Shown here: positions 46,285-64,000 of the stretch, piece after piece
Numbering within the stretch: position 1 is the stretch's first letter
Layout of the letters: each line of letters starts with the position of its first letter
From: the human T2T-CHM13v2.0 reference genome, Homo sapiens
NCBI RefSeq assembly: GCF_009914755.1
Contig: NC_060926.1
Strand: one strand, 5' to 3'
DNA length: 64,000 nt
The notes under the pieces: model-generated
Database searches by the model: none
Seen by the model: the letters and a program-made list of their open reading frames with translations, nothing else
What the model was told of the DNA's origin: nothing
Made by a program: the position numbers and the translations under genes

Positions 46285-46598
46285 GGCCAGTTGTATTGGC
46301 TCACACCTATAATCCCAGCACTTTGGGAGGCCAAGATGAGAGGATCGTTTGAGTCCAGGAATTAGAGACCAGCTTGGACAATATAGCAAGACTCTGTTTC
46401 TACAAATAATAAAATAAAAATTAGCCAGGTATGGTGGCATGTGCCTGTGGTCCCAGCTACTCAGGAGGGTGAGGCACAGGATCACTTGAACCCAGAAGTT
46501 CAAGGCTGCAGTGAGCCATGATTGTACCACTGCACTCCAGCCTGGGTGACAGAGCAAGAGCCTGTCTTAAAGAATAAAAACAAACAAACAAACAAACA
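46285..46598 (+). mobile_element. Alu (AluJ-like)
   Basis: Diverged dimeric Alu with (AAAC)n tail. Confidence 0.9.
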
Positions 46599-47899
46599 CG
46601 AACATTAGACAAGTGCTACCAGGAAGGAATACCTCAAAGCAGACATAAAAGAACTGAAAGAATAGATACACAAAAGAAGGTAATAATCAAACAAGAGGAG
46701 TAGGTAAAGCAAGAGAACCCACAGACGGGAAGGTAGGAGGGCTAGAACCTCCTCCTAAAAAGAACACACACAGATATGAAGACAAAATGAGAAGATGCAT
46801 AGGAGAAAAGAGAAATGTGGAAAACACATAGATGGAAATAAAGAACATAAATGAGAAAATCAAGCAAAATGAAAAAAAAAAAGACAAAATGGTTAGACAA
46901 AATGATAACTAGAGAAGATATAGATATTCAACATAACTAAAGACCTCAAAAAAAAACCAAAACAATGAAACAAAATATTTTAAAGTAAAATTCAACAAAT
47001 TTTTTAAGAACTAAAAGACTTAAATCTAAATATTGAAAAAGCAATGTTTAGCAATGAAAAAAATCACTGAATTCTAACATTCTGGATAAGTTACAGGACA
47101 TAATAGACAAACACCAACATAAACAAGATGCTCAGGAGAAAAAGTATGAGCTAAGGATTTTATATTAGGTGAAACTATCCTTCAAACATAAAAGCTAAAG
47201 ACAAATTCTTATCAACTTGTAAAACATAGAAAATATTCATACACACCATTCTCAAGCAAAAAAGAACAAACAACTTTTCAAATGGCTGCATAGTCATGTG
47301 GAAAAAGACAAAATCTATTCCTCACACCATACATAAAAATAAACTCCAAATAAATCACAGATATACAAAAATGGACATATAGAAGTACTAAAAAATCATA
47401 GGTAATTAGAACATGTGGAAAAAGGAATAAGAAAAAAAAATCATAGGTGAATACCTCCATAACCTAGATGTAGAGAAAAGCATTTTAACTATGACCCAAA
47501 ATCCAGATGTAATCAAAGAATGACAAATTGAACTAAATAAAAATAATCTTTTCATGGCAAAAAATATAAATGCAAATTCAACAAAGAAATCAAGAGAAAA
47601 ATCTGCAATATTTGGCTAATACTCCATATATATCTATATATATATATGTTAAAAACTTAAACTTTGAGGGGAAAAACACCATAGAAAAATAATTTTAAAA
47701 AAGAATAGATAATTCACAAGGTATAAAAATGATTCTTAAATATATGAAAAAATGTTGAGTTTTATTCATAATGATGGAATGTAATTAAAGTTACATTAAT
47801 ATACAATTTCTCAGCCATCAGACAGGCACAAATTACAAAGCGTAACTATACACTATACACTTTGTTGGCAAAGTTGGGGAAAAAGTATCCTTTCTCATA

Positions 47900-48829
47900 C
47901 AGGTTGAGCATTCCTAATCCAAAAATTTGAAATTTGGCCAGGTACGGTATCTCACTTTGCTGCCTATAATCCCAGCACTTTGGGAGGCAAAGGCAGGAGG
48001 ATCACTTGAGGTCAAGAGTTCGAGACCACCCTGGCCAACATGGTAAAACCCTGTCTCTACTAAAAATACAAAAATTAGCTGGGCATGGTGGCAGGTGCTG
48101 GTAATCCCAGCTTCTTGGGAGGGTGAGGCAGGAGAATTGCTTGAATCCAGGAGGCAGAGGTTGCAGTGAGCCAAGATTGTGCCGCAGCTCTCCAGCATGG
48201 GCAACAGAGTGAGACTCCGTCCCAAAAAGCAAGGCAAAAATCTGAAATTCAAAATACTTCAAAATCTGAAACATTTCGAGCATTGATATGATGCCAAAAG
48301 TGAAAAATTCCACACCTGACCTCATGGGACAGGTTGCAGTAAAAACGCAGGTACACAATGCAGTTTATTTATTCAGTGCCCCCAAGGGAAAAGAGACCTT
48401 CCTAGCCCCCTTCAGCTGTGATGTATCTTTTCTGTACATGTATGACATACATACATGGATATGTATGTTACATTTTTTACTAAGTACTTATGTGTGAATT
48501 AGTGTAAGAAAACGATTGCTTATATAAATTCAGAATCAGGAATGACAGTGATGTCAAACAACCACAGATTGTTTACATGGATGGCTAAGATAGTAACGTC
48601 TTCACTTTCTGATGATTCAATGTATACAAACTTTGTTCCGTGAACAAAATTATTTAAAAATTGCATAAAATTACCTTCAGGCTATGTGTATAAGGTGTAT
48701 ATAAAACATAAATGAATTTTTGTGTTTAGATTTGGGTCCTATCTCCAAGATATCTCATCTATATGCCAATATTCCAAAATCCAAAATACTTCTGGTTCTA
48801 GGCATTTTGGATAAGGAATACTCAACCTG
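47900..48829. mobile_element. Tigger4/MER46-like deletion derivative, interrupted by an Alu
   Basis: 25-bp terminal inverted repeats (TIRs) caggttgagcattcctaatccaaaa / ttttggataaggaatactcaacctg (23/25 match), each flanked by TA. Confidence 0.85.
47936..48240 (+). mobile_element. Alu (AluS-like) nested in Tigger4-like element
   Basis: Dimeric Alu with altered 5' end. Confidence 0.9.
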
Positions 48830-49520
48830 TACAATGTTGGCGCAAATGCAAAAATGATACACACCCTATAGAGAAGGTTTGAAAATATCTAACAAAACCA
48901 CTTACACATTTATGCTTCAAACTAGTAAAGTCACTTCTGGAAAATTACTATGAAGATACAGATTCGAGCACTTATATGATGCCACAAGTGTATCCAATAG
49001 CACACATATACATGTGTGCGTGCATGTGCAAGATAATTCACTGCAGCATTATCTGTAACTGCAAAATACTGGAAATAACCAAAATGCACACACACAGAAT
49101 GACTGAATAAACTATGGTACAGATCAATGTGTGTGTGCAGACTCACAAAACAGAGTACAATGAAGCTGTAAAAAGAATGAGGAAGATCTCAATGAACTGA
49201 TATGGAGTGATCTTCAGGTACATTGGTGAATGACAAAAGCAAGATGGTTGACTACCTTTTGTGAAAAAAAGAGGAACCATGGAAAAAAGAAAACACATAT
49301 GAACCTGCTTACTTTCACAAACAAATAAAAAACATGAAAGATAGAAAATAAAAAAGAACTGTTGCCTATAGGGAGTGGGCCAGGGGAAATGGTGTGGAAG
49401 GGATGAAAGAGGGAGAACATTTCCCTGAATATACTTTTGTTTATGGCTTTGACTTGTGAAACCATGTTAATTTCTACATATTCCCCTCAAAGAGAAATTA
49501 AATAAACAAGGATCAGAGAA

Positions 49521-50516
<996 letters not shown>

Positions 50517-51366
50517 CAGAGGGGATTTGGCAATAATTGCAAAGTCCATATTGCAAAGGCAAGTAAATAAATTAACAAATAGATAAATTGGAGATAACAT
50601 AGGCTCTTCCTTACAAGTGACTGATAAATATGAAGGATGCAACAGAATTGAAAACTCCTCATTTTGCAAGCAGTATAGTAAAGATTCGTTCAGGTAAGAA
50701 TCATTAGCAGAGGATAAATCTAGGGATGAAAATATGATGAAAAGCAGGATACTGGCAGGGTTGCAAAGTGTCTGTCTGCAGAATGTTTATTAGTTGCAAG
50801 GGAAAAAATAGTAAAGCATATAATGGAAAAACCAATTAACACCTTTACTGGGTGATCAAAATTAACATCATCAGTAAGAGAGAGAGAGAGAAATAGATAG
50901 ACAGATTATGTGCCTCTGGATGTGATACCCAGAAAACGATACATCATCATTTCTGTAGCATCCTGGCCAAGAACACATATGAACCTAATTATAAGAAAAA
51001 ATATCGTATAAAATCAAAACAAAGAGCATTCTGTAAAAGAGCATGACAAATGAAATACACGACCCTAGACTGCATCTGATATCGTAGGAAAGACGTGGAG
51101 AACCGTCAACATTGGAACTGGACTACAGGTATCAATGTTAAGTTTCCTGTACTTTATAACAGTATTGTGGTTATGTAAGATAATACTCTTATTCTTAGGG
51201 AATATATTGAAGTACTAAGAGGTAAAGGGTCATGATTTATGAAACCTACTTTTGAATGGTACAGAAAAAAAAGTAAAGTAATGTGAGTGTATGTATATGT
51301 GTGCATGTATACATGCTAAATATATATGGCCTTTCAATAATGTTTGAAGTTTTATGATTTTTGATA

Positions 51367-51708
51367 GAGCTGTCCCTCAGTATCTGCAAAGGAACTAGAT
51401 CCAGGGCCCCCTGGGCAGATACCAAAATCCATGAATCCCTTTTATAAATGTCATAGTATTTGCATATAACCTATATACATCTTCCTGTATACTTTAAATC
51501 ATCTCTAGAGATTACTTATAATACCTAAGACAATGTAAATGCTATGTAAATAGTTGTTACACTGTATTCTGTATTTTTTAAAAAATTTGTATTAGTTTTT
51601 ACTATTGTGTTCTTTTTTTGTTGTTTTTGAGTTTTTTCCCCCAGTCTTTTCAATCTGTGGTTGGTTGAACCTGTGGATATGGAATCAGTGGATACAGAGA
51701 GCCAGCTG
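51367..51708. mobile_element. MER2-like (Tigger family) MITE
   Basis: gtatttgcatataacctatatacatcttcctgtatactttaaatcatctctag...gtaaatgctatgtaaatagttgttacactgtatt; TA at both ends. Confidence 0.8.
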
Positions 51709-52020
51709 TATTTACAATAATGGATGCATGTCTATGGCAATTGGATCTAGGCAATTTCTCTATTCAATACATTATTAATTCCAAATGGGAAAATCCACTA
51801 GGATTAAAATTTCGTTTGAGCTCCAGTTGCTTCTTAAATCATTACTGCAATTATTTTACTTTATAACTAATAGAGAAATGTAATATGTGAGTGACTAGCA
51901 GACCATGGAATTAAAATTGATTTTGCACAGAAAAATAAATAGCTTTTGCTCAGGTTACTAAATTCACTGAATAAATTAACAATGAAAATCAGAAAGAACA
52001 TCATAAAGCCACAATAACTA

Positions 52021-52395
<375 letters not shown>

Positions 52396-52890
52396 TTAAT
52401 TTAATTTTTAAAATCTGCATAATGTACCGAATAGACAAAAAAGTACATGAAAAGGTCATAGAAAAATAAATATAAATAAATGAAAAGATGTTCAACTTCA
52501 CTCAATGTAAGAGAAACGTACATTAAAATTACGGTTAATTCTTTTTCTTGGGAAATCTATCAGAAAAAAGAATCTAAGAAGGCCACACGCTGTTTAGGCT
52601 GTAGGAAAACAGGCACTCTAACACATCGCTAATGGGAATGCAAAATTGGTACAATCCCTATAAAGGGAAATCTGACCATATGGAGTTTATACTACTAAAA
52701 AAAAAACGCTGAGTACATATAAAATAATGCGCATTCACTTATTGTGTTCCACCATTTGCAACAACAAAAGATTAGATTAAAACGCAGCTATCCATGAAAA
52801 GGAGATTATTAAATACAGTGAAATTATAAAAGACAATGAGGAAATATCTATGTACCAACATAAGAAGATCTTCAAGATATATCACTAAAC

Positions 52891-53178
52891 CAAAACAGCA
52901 ACTATTCACAATAGCCAAGATATGTAATCAACCCACATGTCCATTAATGAATGAAGAGAGAAAAATGTGTATACACACACACACACACACACACACACCA
53001 GAATACTATTCAGCTACAAAAAAGCTATAAAAAAGCTGAATAGTATTCTGGTGTGTGTGTGTGTGTGTGTCTCTGTGTGTGTGTGTCTGTGTGTGTATAC
53101 ACATTTTTCTTTCTTCATTCATTAATGGACATGTGGGTTGATTACATATCTTGGCTATTGTGAATAGTTGCCGTTTTG
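52891..53178. repeat. Near-perfect inverted repeat: arms 52891-53015 and 53034-53178, 18-nt spacer
   Basis: caaaacagcaactattcacaatagcc...ccagaatactattcagct is reverse-complemented as agctgaatagtattctgg...ggctattgtgaatagttgccgttttg. The arms differ at ~2 positions plus CA/TG tract length. Confidence 0.97.
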
Positions 53179-55435
<2,257 letters not shown>

Positions 55436-55441
55436 GAATGA

Positions 55442-55750
<309 letters not shown>

Positions 55751-56170
55751 ATGAAATCCTGTCATTTACAGCAACACAGATGGAACTGGAGGTCATTGTA
55801 TTAAGTGAAATAAGCCAGGCACAGAACAACAAATCTTGCATATTCTCATTCATATGTGGGAGCTAAAAGAGTTGACTTCATGGAGGTAGAGTTGAATGAG
55901 GCACCAGAGGCTGCAAAGGGTGTGTGTCAGTGGGATGGGAGGGGTAATTAAAAGAGATTGGTTAATGGGTACAACCACGCAGTTAGATAGAATAAGTTCT
56001 GCTGTTTGATAGCACAGTAGGGTGACTTTAGTTAACAACAATGTAAGGAGATTTGAAATGTTCCCAACATAAAGACATAATAAATGTTCGAGGTGATGAA
56101 GATCCTAAATACTCTGATTTGATCATTACACATCGTATGTATGTATCAAAATGCCATATGTACCCCACTG
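55751..56170 (+). mobile_element. L1MA-like 3' end; continuation of the fragment at ~52896-53022
   Basis: atgaaatcctgtcatttacagcaacacagatggaactggaggtcattg continues ...gaatactattcagctacaaaaaag in L1M consensus order. Confidence 0.8.
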
Positions 56171-56875
56171 GAGTATGTAATAACAACAAATTAGGTGGTC
56201 AATTAAAATTTTGACAAAATATGTTGACATACCACTAAATGCTTTTCAGAAAGACATTAATGGTAACAACTAATATACTATATTTCCCACATACTGTTTA
56301 TGGATCATTTCATTTAATCTTCAGAACAATCCCCATTTTGTGAATGAGAAAATTAAAGTTCAGAGAGATAGCTAATTTGCCAAAGTCACATAAATAGGTG
56401 GTGGAAATGCAATTTAAATCAAGATACTCTTTCTTCAGAACCTGTGCTCTAATTATCAAGAGCATCTGTTTTTATCAGTAATATGAAAATATCCATTTCA
56501 TTGAACCTTACTGACCTAGAATATTAGTGTTATTTTCATCCTATTCAATTTGATGTATTTGAAAAATGGCTTCTGTTTTGATTTCCATTTCTTTCATTGC
56601 TTATGAAGTTGAACATTTTCATGTCTATATGAACCTTATAGATACACGAAAGCATTTATGTTAAAATGAAATTCCATAATGAGTTTTGTAATAGTTCAGA
56701 AGAAAAAAGGTTACTATTTATTGAGAATAATACACATATAAAGGACTACTTCAGCTATAACTATTTGCTATAGTAACACTTCATTCAAATTTAAGACATG
56801 TATATGTTTTTCATTTTTTGTCTTGATGATATGCATGAATAATGTGGTAAAGCAGAAAAGCTACCAGCTACTTAC

Positions 56876-57021
56876 CTCATTATTTCCTCTCGATCTCCAT
56901 GACTAGCATGTTCTGCCTGTATCTTCTGCCTTAATCGATTAATTTCTTTGTCCAGAATTGATGCAGATTTTTCTACTTCTATACGCTCTGGGCAGATTTG
57001 TCTTGCTTGTGACATTTTCTC
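56876..57021 (-). CDS. SMC6: SMC6 coding exon, 146 nt, phase 0/2 (not in ORF track)
   Basis: Acceptor ctttctTAG, donor AG|GTAAGT. Manual translation [48 protein letters not shown](R). Confidence 0.93.
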
Positions 57022-58012
57022 CTAAGAAAGTAGATGTTTATATCTTTAAAACTCTTCTTTGATATAACAATTCATTATACTACTTGTGCCAAAATCTGCA
57101 AAGTAAAATTCTGAACTCATTTTTAAGAAATGTATTTTAATTACATTTAATATCAATGTTATTTATATTTATCTAAGTTTTATATTGAAGATAAAGTCCA
57201 GAGTAATGACCTCAAGAGAAAACTGCATTGCTGTGTGTAACTAATAAGGTGCAAGATCTCCACAACTTCCTAGTGAAACAAATTTAATGCAGCAGTTACG
57301 AAAAGCTTGCTACCCAGGGCATCGAGGTGAGATGTAGGTTTCCACATCCTTTAGGGTTGACTCTGAGCACCAATGGTATTAAAAACACAAACAAAGACCC
57401 TCATGGGGTAAAGAATACAAGGCACTTTTACACATAGTACTTTTTTATATTCACAACTTTCTGTATTATTCTTAAACAAATGAGGAAAACAAGTAAGAAA
57501 ATGAATTACAGAGTTTAGATCATTTTCCTTAAGATACAAATGCAAAATTGGAATCCATCTGCTCTGGTTAGGACAAGGTTGCCTTCAATTTATTCTCCTC
57601 TAAACACCGGGTCACTGCTTAGAATTGCCAATAGACATGTCTCGTAGGAGCTAAAATCTAGCCCGGCCCACAGCCCAACTACTCACTGGAAGGGGTGCCT
57701 TTTCCGGACACTCAAGGGCTATCCGCTTGCCAAGGTGGGCATCTAAGGAGCTATGTTAGCTGAAAGACAGCGCTACTTTCTAAAGCACTCAGAGGCATAA
57801 TACAGGACTGTCAGAGTCTTGCCTATTTAAGTCCTCACACTCTGAGGGTCCCTAAGCCTCTTCTGTTGATTCACCCAAACACCTATTACTCTATATGAAA
57901 CAGAAATTCAGACAACTTTTCTGTTTTTAGAAACATGACATTAGGGAAAACACACTTTAATAATCATGGCTAAGGCTGAAAACAAAATAACTTGAAAAAA
58001 ATGGTGAAAAAC

Positions 58013-58150
58013 CTCTAGTTCTTTCTCTTTCATATCCAGTTCTCGTTTCTTTTTATTTAAGGTATCCAAGTGTTCTTTTTGTTTTTCTTCATAATGTCGT
58101 TTCCCTCGTTTTTGGTTATCCACTTCAGAATCAGCAAGGTTTAATTCATC
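58013..58150 (-). CDS. SMC6: SMC6 coding exon (coiled coil), 138 nt, phase 0/0
   Basis: Acceptor ttcaaaCAG, donor GAG|[52 protein letters not shown]. Confidence 0.92.
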
Positions 58151-58829
58151 CTGTTTGAACAAAGCCAGAATAAAAGATTGTTTTAAAAAAATTTCCAGCA
58201 TAGGTATAAAGATAATAAACAACTCGGTAAAGTGGCTAGGATTATGCTGTTTGAAGAGGCAAGTGTTATTATATCCATATGTGTCTGAATAGAAGTGAGG
58301 AGTTTCCCAAATTAGGAAGTCACATTAAATTCAAATTCTTATCTGAATTCCCCATATATTATGGTACTTTCAGTTTTATTCTAATAAACTAGGTGTTTTT
58401 GGGGGAATCCACATTAGCCTTTAAAAACTTAAAACAATGCAAGTGTTAGGTATTTACAGAGGACACCTGAAAAAGGATACCTGGTTTTAAAAAGGGTGGG
58501 TTCGGGAAAAAGCAAGGATGTGAAAAAATTTAACGCTGATTTATTTAGTCACATCTGGTATAACTTCACAATTTTGAGCATAAAATACAACTGGAAAGAA
58601 GCTATCCCAAGATCACTTTAAAAACAAACAGTAGTAGATATAAGGTAAAGATGCATACTATAATGCACGGCCACCACTGGAAAAATAAAACAAGAGGTAT
58701 GGCTAAAAAACTGGGAGAAGAGATAAAGGAACACTCATAATTACTTGGTAATCTCAAAGGAAGGACATAAAGAGGGAAAGTATGAAGAACAACAAAAACA
58801 GGACAATTAAAACACAAATAGTAGCTATT

Positions 58830-60000
58830 ACTTCATGATGAAATATAGAATGCTTTCTTTCTAAGAACAAGAGCAAGGTAAGGACTTCCAGTCTCATGGC
58901 GTCTATTCAACAATGTACTAAAGGTCAACAGTTGTTGGAGGTTCTGGATAGTTCAGTTAAAATAAAAGGAAATAGAAAGCATAACAATTAGAAAAAAAAA
59001 AGGGTAATACTGTATTTATACAAAAACAGATGATGGCACATAAATTCCAAAAGAAGAACTTCAAAACTATAAGTGAGTTTAGAAAGGTCACTGGATACAG
59101 GTCAATACAAAATTCAGTCATCTATCTATATACTAGGAATAATTGAAAAATGAATTAAAACATTTACTATACCATGAAAAACAGCCAACACATATCCAGA
59201 ATATATAAAGAACTCTTACAACTCAAAAATAAAAGACTCAGAACCCAACTGTAAAACGGGCAAAGATTTAAAAAGACATTTCCCCAAAGATAAACAAATG
59301 GCCAATAAGAACATGAAAACTACCAAGAGTATTAGCCATAAGGAAAATGCAAATCAAAATCACAATGAGATACCACTTCTCACTCACTAGCATGGTTAAA
59401 ATTAAAAAGGCAGAAAATAACCAGTGTTGATAAGGATGTGGAGAAATTGGGACATTCAAACACTGTTGGTGAGAACATTAAATGGTACAGTCACTTTGGA
59501 AAAGTTTCAAAGTTCTTCAAAATGAAGTATAAGCACATAGCTTAGTAATTCCATTCCTAGGTATCTGAGACAAATGATAATACATATCTATACAAAAACT
59601 TGTACATGAATGTTCGCAGCAGCAGCACCCAAATGTCCATCAATTGATGAATGCATAAATGTGAACATGACTAGGCAATAAAAAGTAATAAAGTTCTGAC
59701 ACATGCTACAACCTGGATGAAACTTGAAAACATTATGCTAAGTTGAAGGAGCCAGTAACAAAAGACCACATACTATATGATTCTACTCATATGAAATATC
59801 TGGAATAGGCAATCTATAGAGATAGAAAGTAGATTTGTTTTTGCCAGGGGATGGGAACAGGAGAGAACTGGGAGTGTCTGTTAATCAGTACGGGTTTCTT
59901 TATTAGGCGATGAAAATGTTCTAAAATGGTGGAAATGGTTACACAACTCTGAATACATGAAAAATCATTGAATTATACACTTTAAATGGATAAATTTTAC
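58830..60000 (+). mobile_element. Old L1 (L1MB/MC-like) ORF2 end and 3' UTR
   Basis: aaatgcaaatcaaaatcacaatgagataccac; ggatgaaacttgaaaacattatgctaag; tgatgaaaatgttctaaaa. Confidence 0.75.
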
Positions 60001-60019
60001 TGAACAATATATAAATAAT

Positions 60020-61410
60020 GATTAGATCCTGTTGAGTTTTTCTATATCCTTGTTCATTTTTGGTATAGTTGCTCTATCAATTATTGAGGAAGTTCTATAA
60101 GATTTTGCTTCCCTTATGTTACAGCTCTAATATTTGTTGCACACATATTTAGAATTGCTATGTATTTTTGGTGGACTGAACCTTTTGTCATTACGTAATG
60201 TCCTTTTTTGTCTCTGGTAATTTTATTTTGAAGTCCACTTCATCTGATTTTAATATAGCTACTCTTGTTTTCCATTGATTATTATTTGCAAGATATACCA
60301 TTTTCCATCCTTTTACTTTCAACCTGCCTATATGGCTGTATTTGAAGTGAGCTATTTATAGAGAGCATATAGTCATGTTTTAATCTACTCTGTCCATATC
60401 TGTCTTTTGTTTATTTAGACAAGTAAGTCTAAATTTAAGTCTGTCATTTTATTTGTTGTATTCTGTTGTTCATCTGTCTTCTCTTTCCTGCCCCATGTGG
60501 TTACTCCAACATACATTAAGGATTCCATCTCGATTTATCTGTAGTACGTTTTAGTGCATCTCCTTGTATAGCTTTTTTAGTAGCTGCTGTAGGTATTACA
60601 TTATATACACCAAACATCACAGTCTCCTGGCATAATTATTTTACCAGTTTGAGAAGGATAGAAATCTTACCTCCCTTTTGTATCCCTTTTCTTTTCCCCA
60701 TTTTAAATATAATGGTCCTAAATACCTCCTCTACATACATTTAGAATTATCTCAGATATTATAATTTTTGCTAGCCTTCTAAACATAATTTTTAAAACTC
60801 AAGAAGTAAAGTCTATTGCATTTTTTCCTATTTTTATCTCATTTTTTTTCCTTCCTGATGTTCCAAGATTCCCCCTTTTATTTTTCCTAACAAATTCTCT
60901 AAGTTTGCCTTTATCTGAGAATATCTTGAATTTTTCCTTTATTGCTTGGAAATATTTTTGGTGGACACAGGGTTGACAGGTCATTTCGCACTTGAAAAAT
61001 GTGCCACTTCCATCTGGTCTCCATGGTTTCTGATGAGAAATATGCTGTCACACAAAAATCCTTTTCTATATAAGGTTTTCTCTTGCTATCTGTAAGACCT
61101 TTTCTTTAATTTCCAGAAGTTTCACTGTAATGTGTCTTATTGCAGATTACTTTGGGTTTATCTTGTTTTTGGTTTACGTACATTCTTTAATCTGTAAGTT
61201 TATGCTTTTTGCCAAATTTGGGAAGTGTTTAGCCATTACTTTTTTAAGTACTTTTTCAGTCATGCCCTCTTTTCCTTCACTTTCTAAGACTCCAACAATA
61301 CAAATGTCAGCTATTCTGTTATAGTTTCACAGGTCCCTAAGATGCTGTTTGTTTGTTTCAGTCTATTTGTTTTTCTTTAGTTTATTTTTTCTCTGTTGAT
61401 CAGATTTATG
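60020..61410 (-). mobile_element. Old L1M fragment, opposite orientation
   Basis: T-rich antisense L1 motifs (tttttccatccttttactttcaacct; tctggtctccatggtttctgatgagaaat; ccaaatttgggaagtgtttagccatta). Confidence 0.65.
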
Positions 61411-61931
61411 AGGAATAACAAGTGAATATTATGAAAAACTTCATGGTCAATTTTGTCTCAAAAAGTATGTGCTAAAAATAAAGTCAATTGAATTCAGCCT
61501 GAAACATAACTGAGATAGCTGACAAACAAGAGATGAGTAGTACTTTATTTCAAGTTGGCTTTTACAGCAACTAATCTTTGAGTTATTGAAGCAAAGCTGG
61601 GACAACAAGCAAGCACAGAGACATTGTACACGTACGAGACGTCTCTGCTCCTGGTTCTGATTTTTAAAAATCATAAAAAGGTGAAAAAAAAAAGCTATAA
61701 TCCTCTAGGAGAAATGGAAATTTGGTGATTTATTCTCCTAAAGCCATGAACAGAAGTGTTTAATACTAATTGATCTAATGATGAAAGTTTGGTTCCCACC
61801 ATTCTTTATATTCAATTTTTATGCTATTTACATTTAACCAAAAATTCTTTTAGGCCAATATCCATAGAGTACATGTGGATATAAAACTAAAACATAAAAT
61901 ACATACGTAACACAGTACCAAAAATATATAC

Positions 61932-62102
61932 CTTAAGTGGGTCTGCTAGCTCCGATAGTTGATTAATTTTGAATTTAATTGCATCATACTTATTTTCTGC
62001 TTCTATTTTCAGACTTTTAAGATGCTCCATATTTTCTTTTTGTTGCTCCATATGTTCCTCAACCATTTTCATTTTGCTTTTATTTTCCTGAGCTTCATCT
62101 TC
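61932..62102 (-). CDS. SMC6: SMC6 coding exon (coiled coil), 171 nt, phase 0/0
   Basis: Acceptor ttttatCAG, donor AAG|[63 protein letters not shown]. Confidence 0.93.
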
Positions 62103-62473
62103 CTGATAAAATTTAAACAGCATATAAGGTTAATTAAAATACTTTAAGTTTTCAAATAGAAGAAACATAAAAATAATTCTGAGAGAGGAGAAACTATAGG
62201 CTATATGCAAATCAGATCAAATACAAATAGAACACTAGAATATTTTTATACTCTTAATGGTAAATTAGGAAGTAGAGGAAAACAAGCTGAAAAATCAGAA
62301 GGGATGATATTTAGGAGACAATATTCTGCTTAAGATCATAATCAAAAAGAATGACTTTCATTCTATTCATTTTTTCCAAACTATACAATATATATCTTGT
62401 GCCAGAGAATATGTTAGATGCTAAGTAAACAAACATAAATAAGATATTATCCATATGTTTAAGAAATTTAGTT

Positions 62474-62791
<318 letters not shown>

Positions 62792-64000
62792 AAATTTAGT
62801 CTATCAAAAAAAGGAATTAAAGCAGAAAAATAAAAAGCAGAAAGTGAAAAGACTACTAGTAAAAAATGGAGACAAATTCTAATCAGGGTAAAGCTTCACT
62901 AGCACTGAGACTTATTCCATTTTGCGCACTGCTGTATTCCTTAGCAGTTAATATGCTTCCTGATACAGAGCAGACACTCGATAAATATTTATTCACTTTA
63001 ACACAACTGTGCCATTTATCTAATTCACTGTTTACTGCAACTCAGAAAAAGCTAAGTGTCATAAACAGATTCCCGAAAAAAAGATTACAGTAAAAAATGT
63101 GTTGAATTAAAATGAAAAATACTGATTTGAAAAAAAGAAAAAAAACAAGACACCAACTAGAACTGACTAAAAGATGATCCTGACATCTGTGCCCATTCAT
63201 ATTGATACTGCTGAACTCTGAGAGTGCCTATGTGAAAAACACTATGCTCAACAGCAGGGTTTGATGGGCCCTTGTTTAGAAATACAATTAAGTTTTGGTA
63301 AAGTTTTTTTCCATGTGATAGGAGACAAAATCAATTATTATGCATGAAAGTTATATATACACAAAACATTAAAAAATATGAAGGCTGTATACCAGGTAGT
63401 TTTTACCTTCTTGGTGAATGGAGACAGCAATCATAAAGAGTAGCTTCAATTAAAAGAACTTTCTAAAAAAGCTGAGTTGATGCCATTAACCTAAATGGTG
63501 GCTTTACCCTTTAATATTACATTTAAATTGAAAAAAAGTATTTTACCAAAGTTGCAATATCTACAGACTGGTGTTCTTCTATGTTCTCAAGTTCCCGAAT
63601 TTCAGAAATATTTTTTCTTATTTTCATCTAAAAGAAAAGTATTTGGATTTTAGTAACATAAAAAAAAAATTAAACCGAAAACCTTGGAAAGGATTCATTA
63701 ATCTACAAAGCTCTATAATGATGATACAGAAGGATTCCATAATTAATGAAAGGGGTACATTAGTATTAAATCAACCAAAGGAAATTACGTATAAATTCTG
63801 CCATATCATTCTTATATACTAATCCATTCCCATGCAAAAGAGATGTAAGTAATCCATCTTAGCATTTTAAATGATGGCACTGTTGAGTCCAACGAGAAAA
63901 ACTTTTCTGAAACATCCAAAGTCTCAAGTTATGGAATGATTATTCTAATCCAGTGGTTTTCAAAATATGATCCAAGTAACCTGTGGGGGTTTCTGATATC

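Noticed and set aside
52891-53178. Palindrome as a pre-miRNA, MITE or CRISPR-like structure
   Set aside because: Arms are ordinary old-L1 3' sequence plus a microsatellite, with no TA or 8-bp TSD and no spacer array. Local fold-back duplication explains it better.

Overview
Human (primate) genomic DNA containing the convergent 3' ends of two genes, recognised from their translated exons. On the + strand are the last two coding exons (11153-11368, 16939-17136) and 3' UTR of VSNL1 (visinin-like 1 / VILIP-1, EF-hand neuronal calcium sensor). On the - strand are the last eight coding exons (62102 down to the stop at 27243) and 3' UTR of SMC6 (C-terminal coiled coil and ATPase head). All exons have AG/GT boundaries and their phases join into open frames. 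The rest is intron or intergenic DNA filled with Alu, L1, L2/MIR, MaLR/ERVL LTR and Tigger/MER elements; almost all listed ORFs are noise. I found no new gene, RNA gene or multi-gene system. The most unusual structures are local DNA-copying scars in SMC6 introns: (1) a ~125-bp fold-back palindrome fused to the 5' end of a truncated L1PA; (2) two head-to-head Alus that share private mutations, with a mini-hairpin at the junction and a CTCF-like motif between them; (3) a Tigger1 internal fragment apparently moved just outside its parent element between 19-bp direct repeats; (4) a diverged ~140-bp direct duplication. A two-LTR MaLR provirus lies between the two gene ends. Repeat subfamily names come from my memory of consensus sequences and need RepeatMasker/Dfam confirmation.
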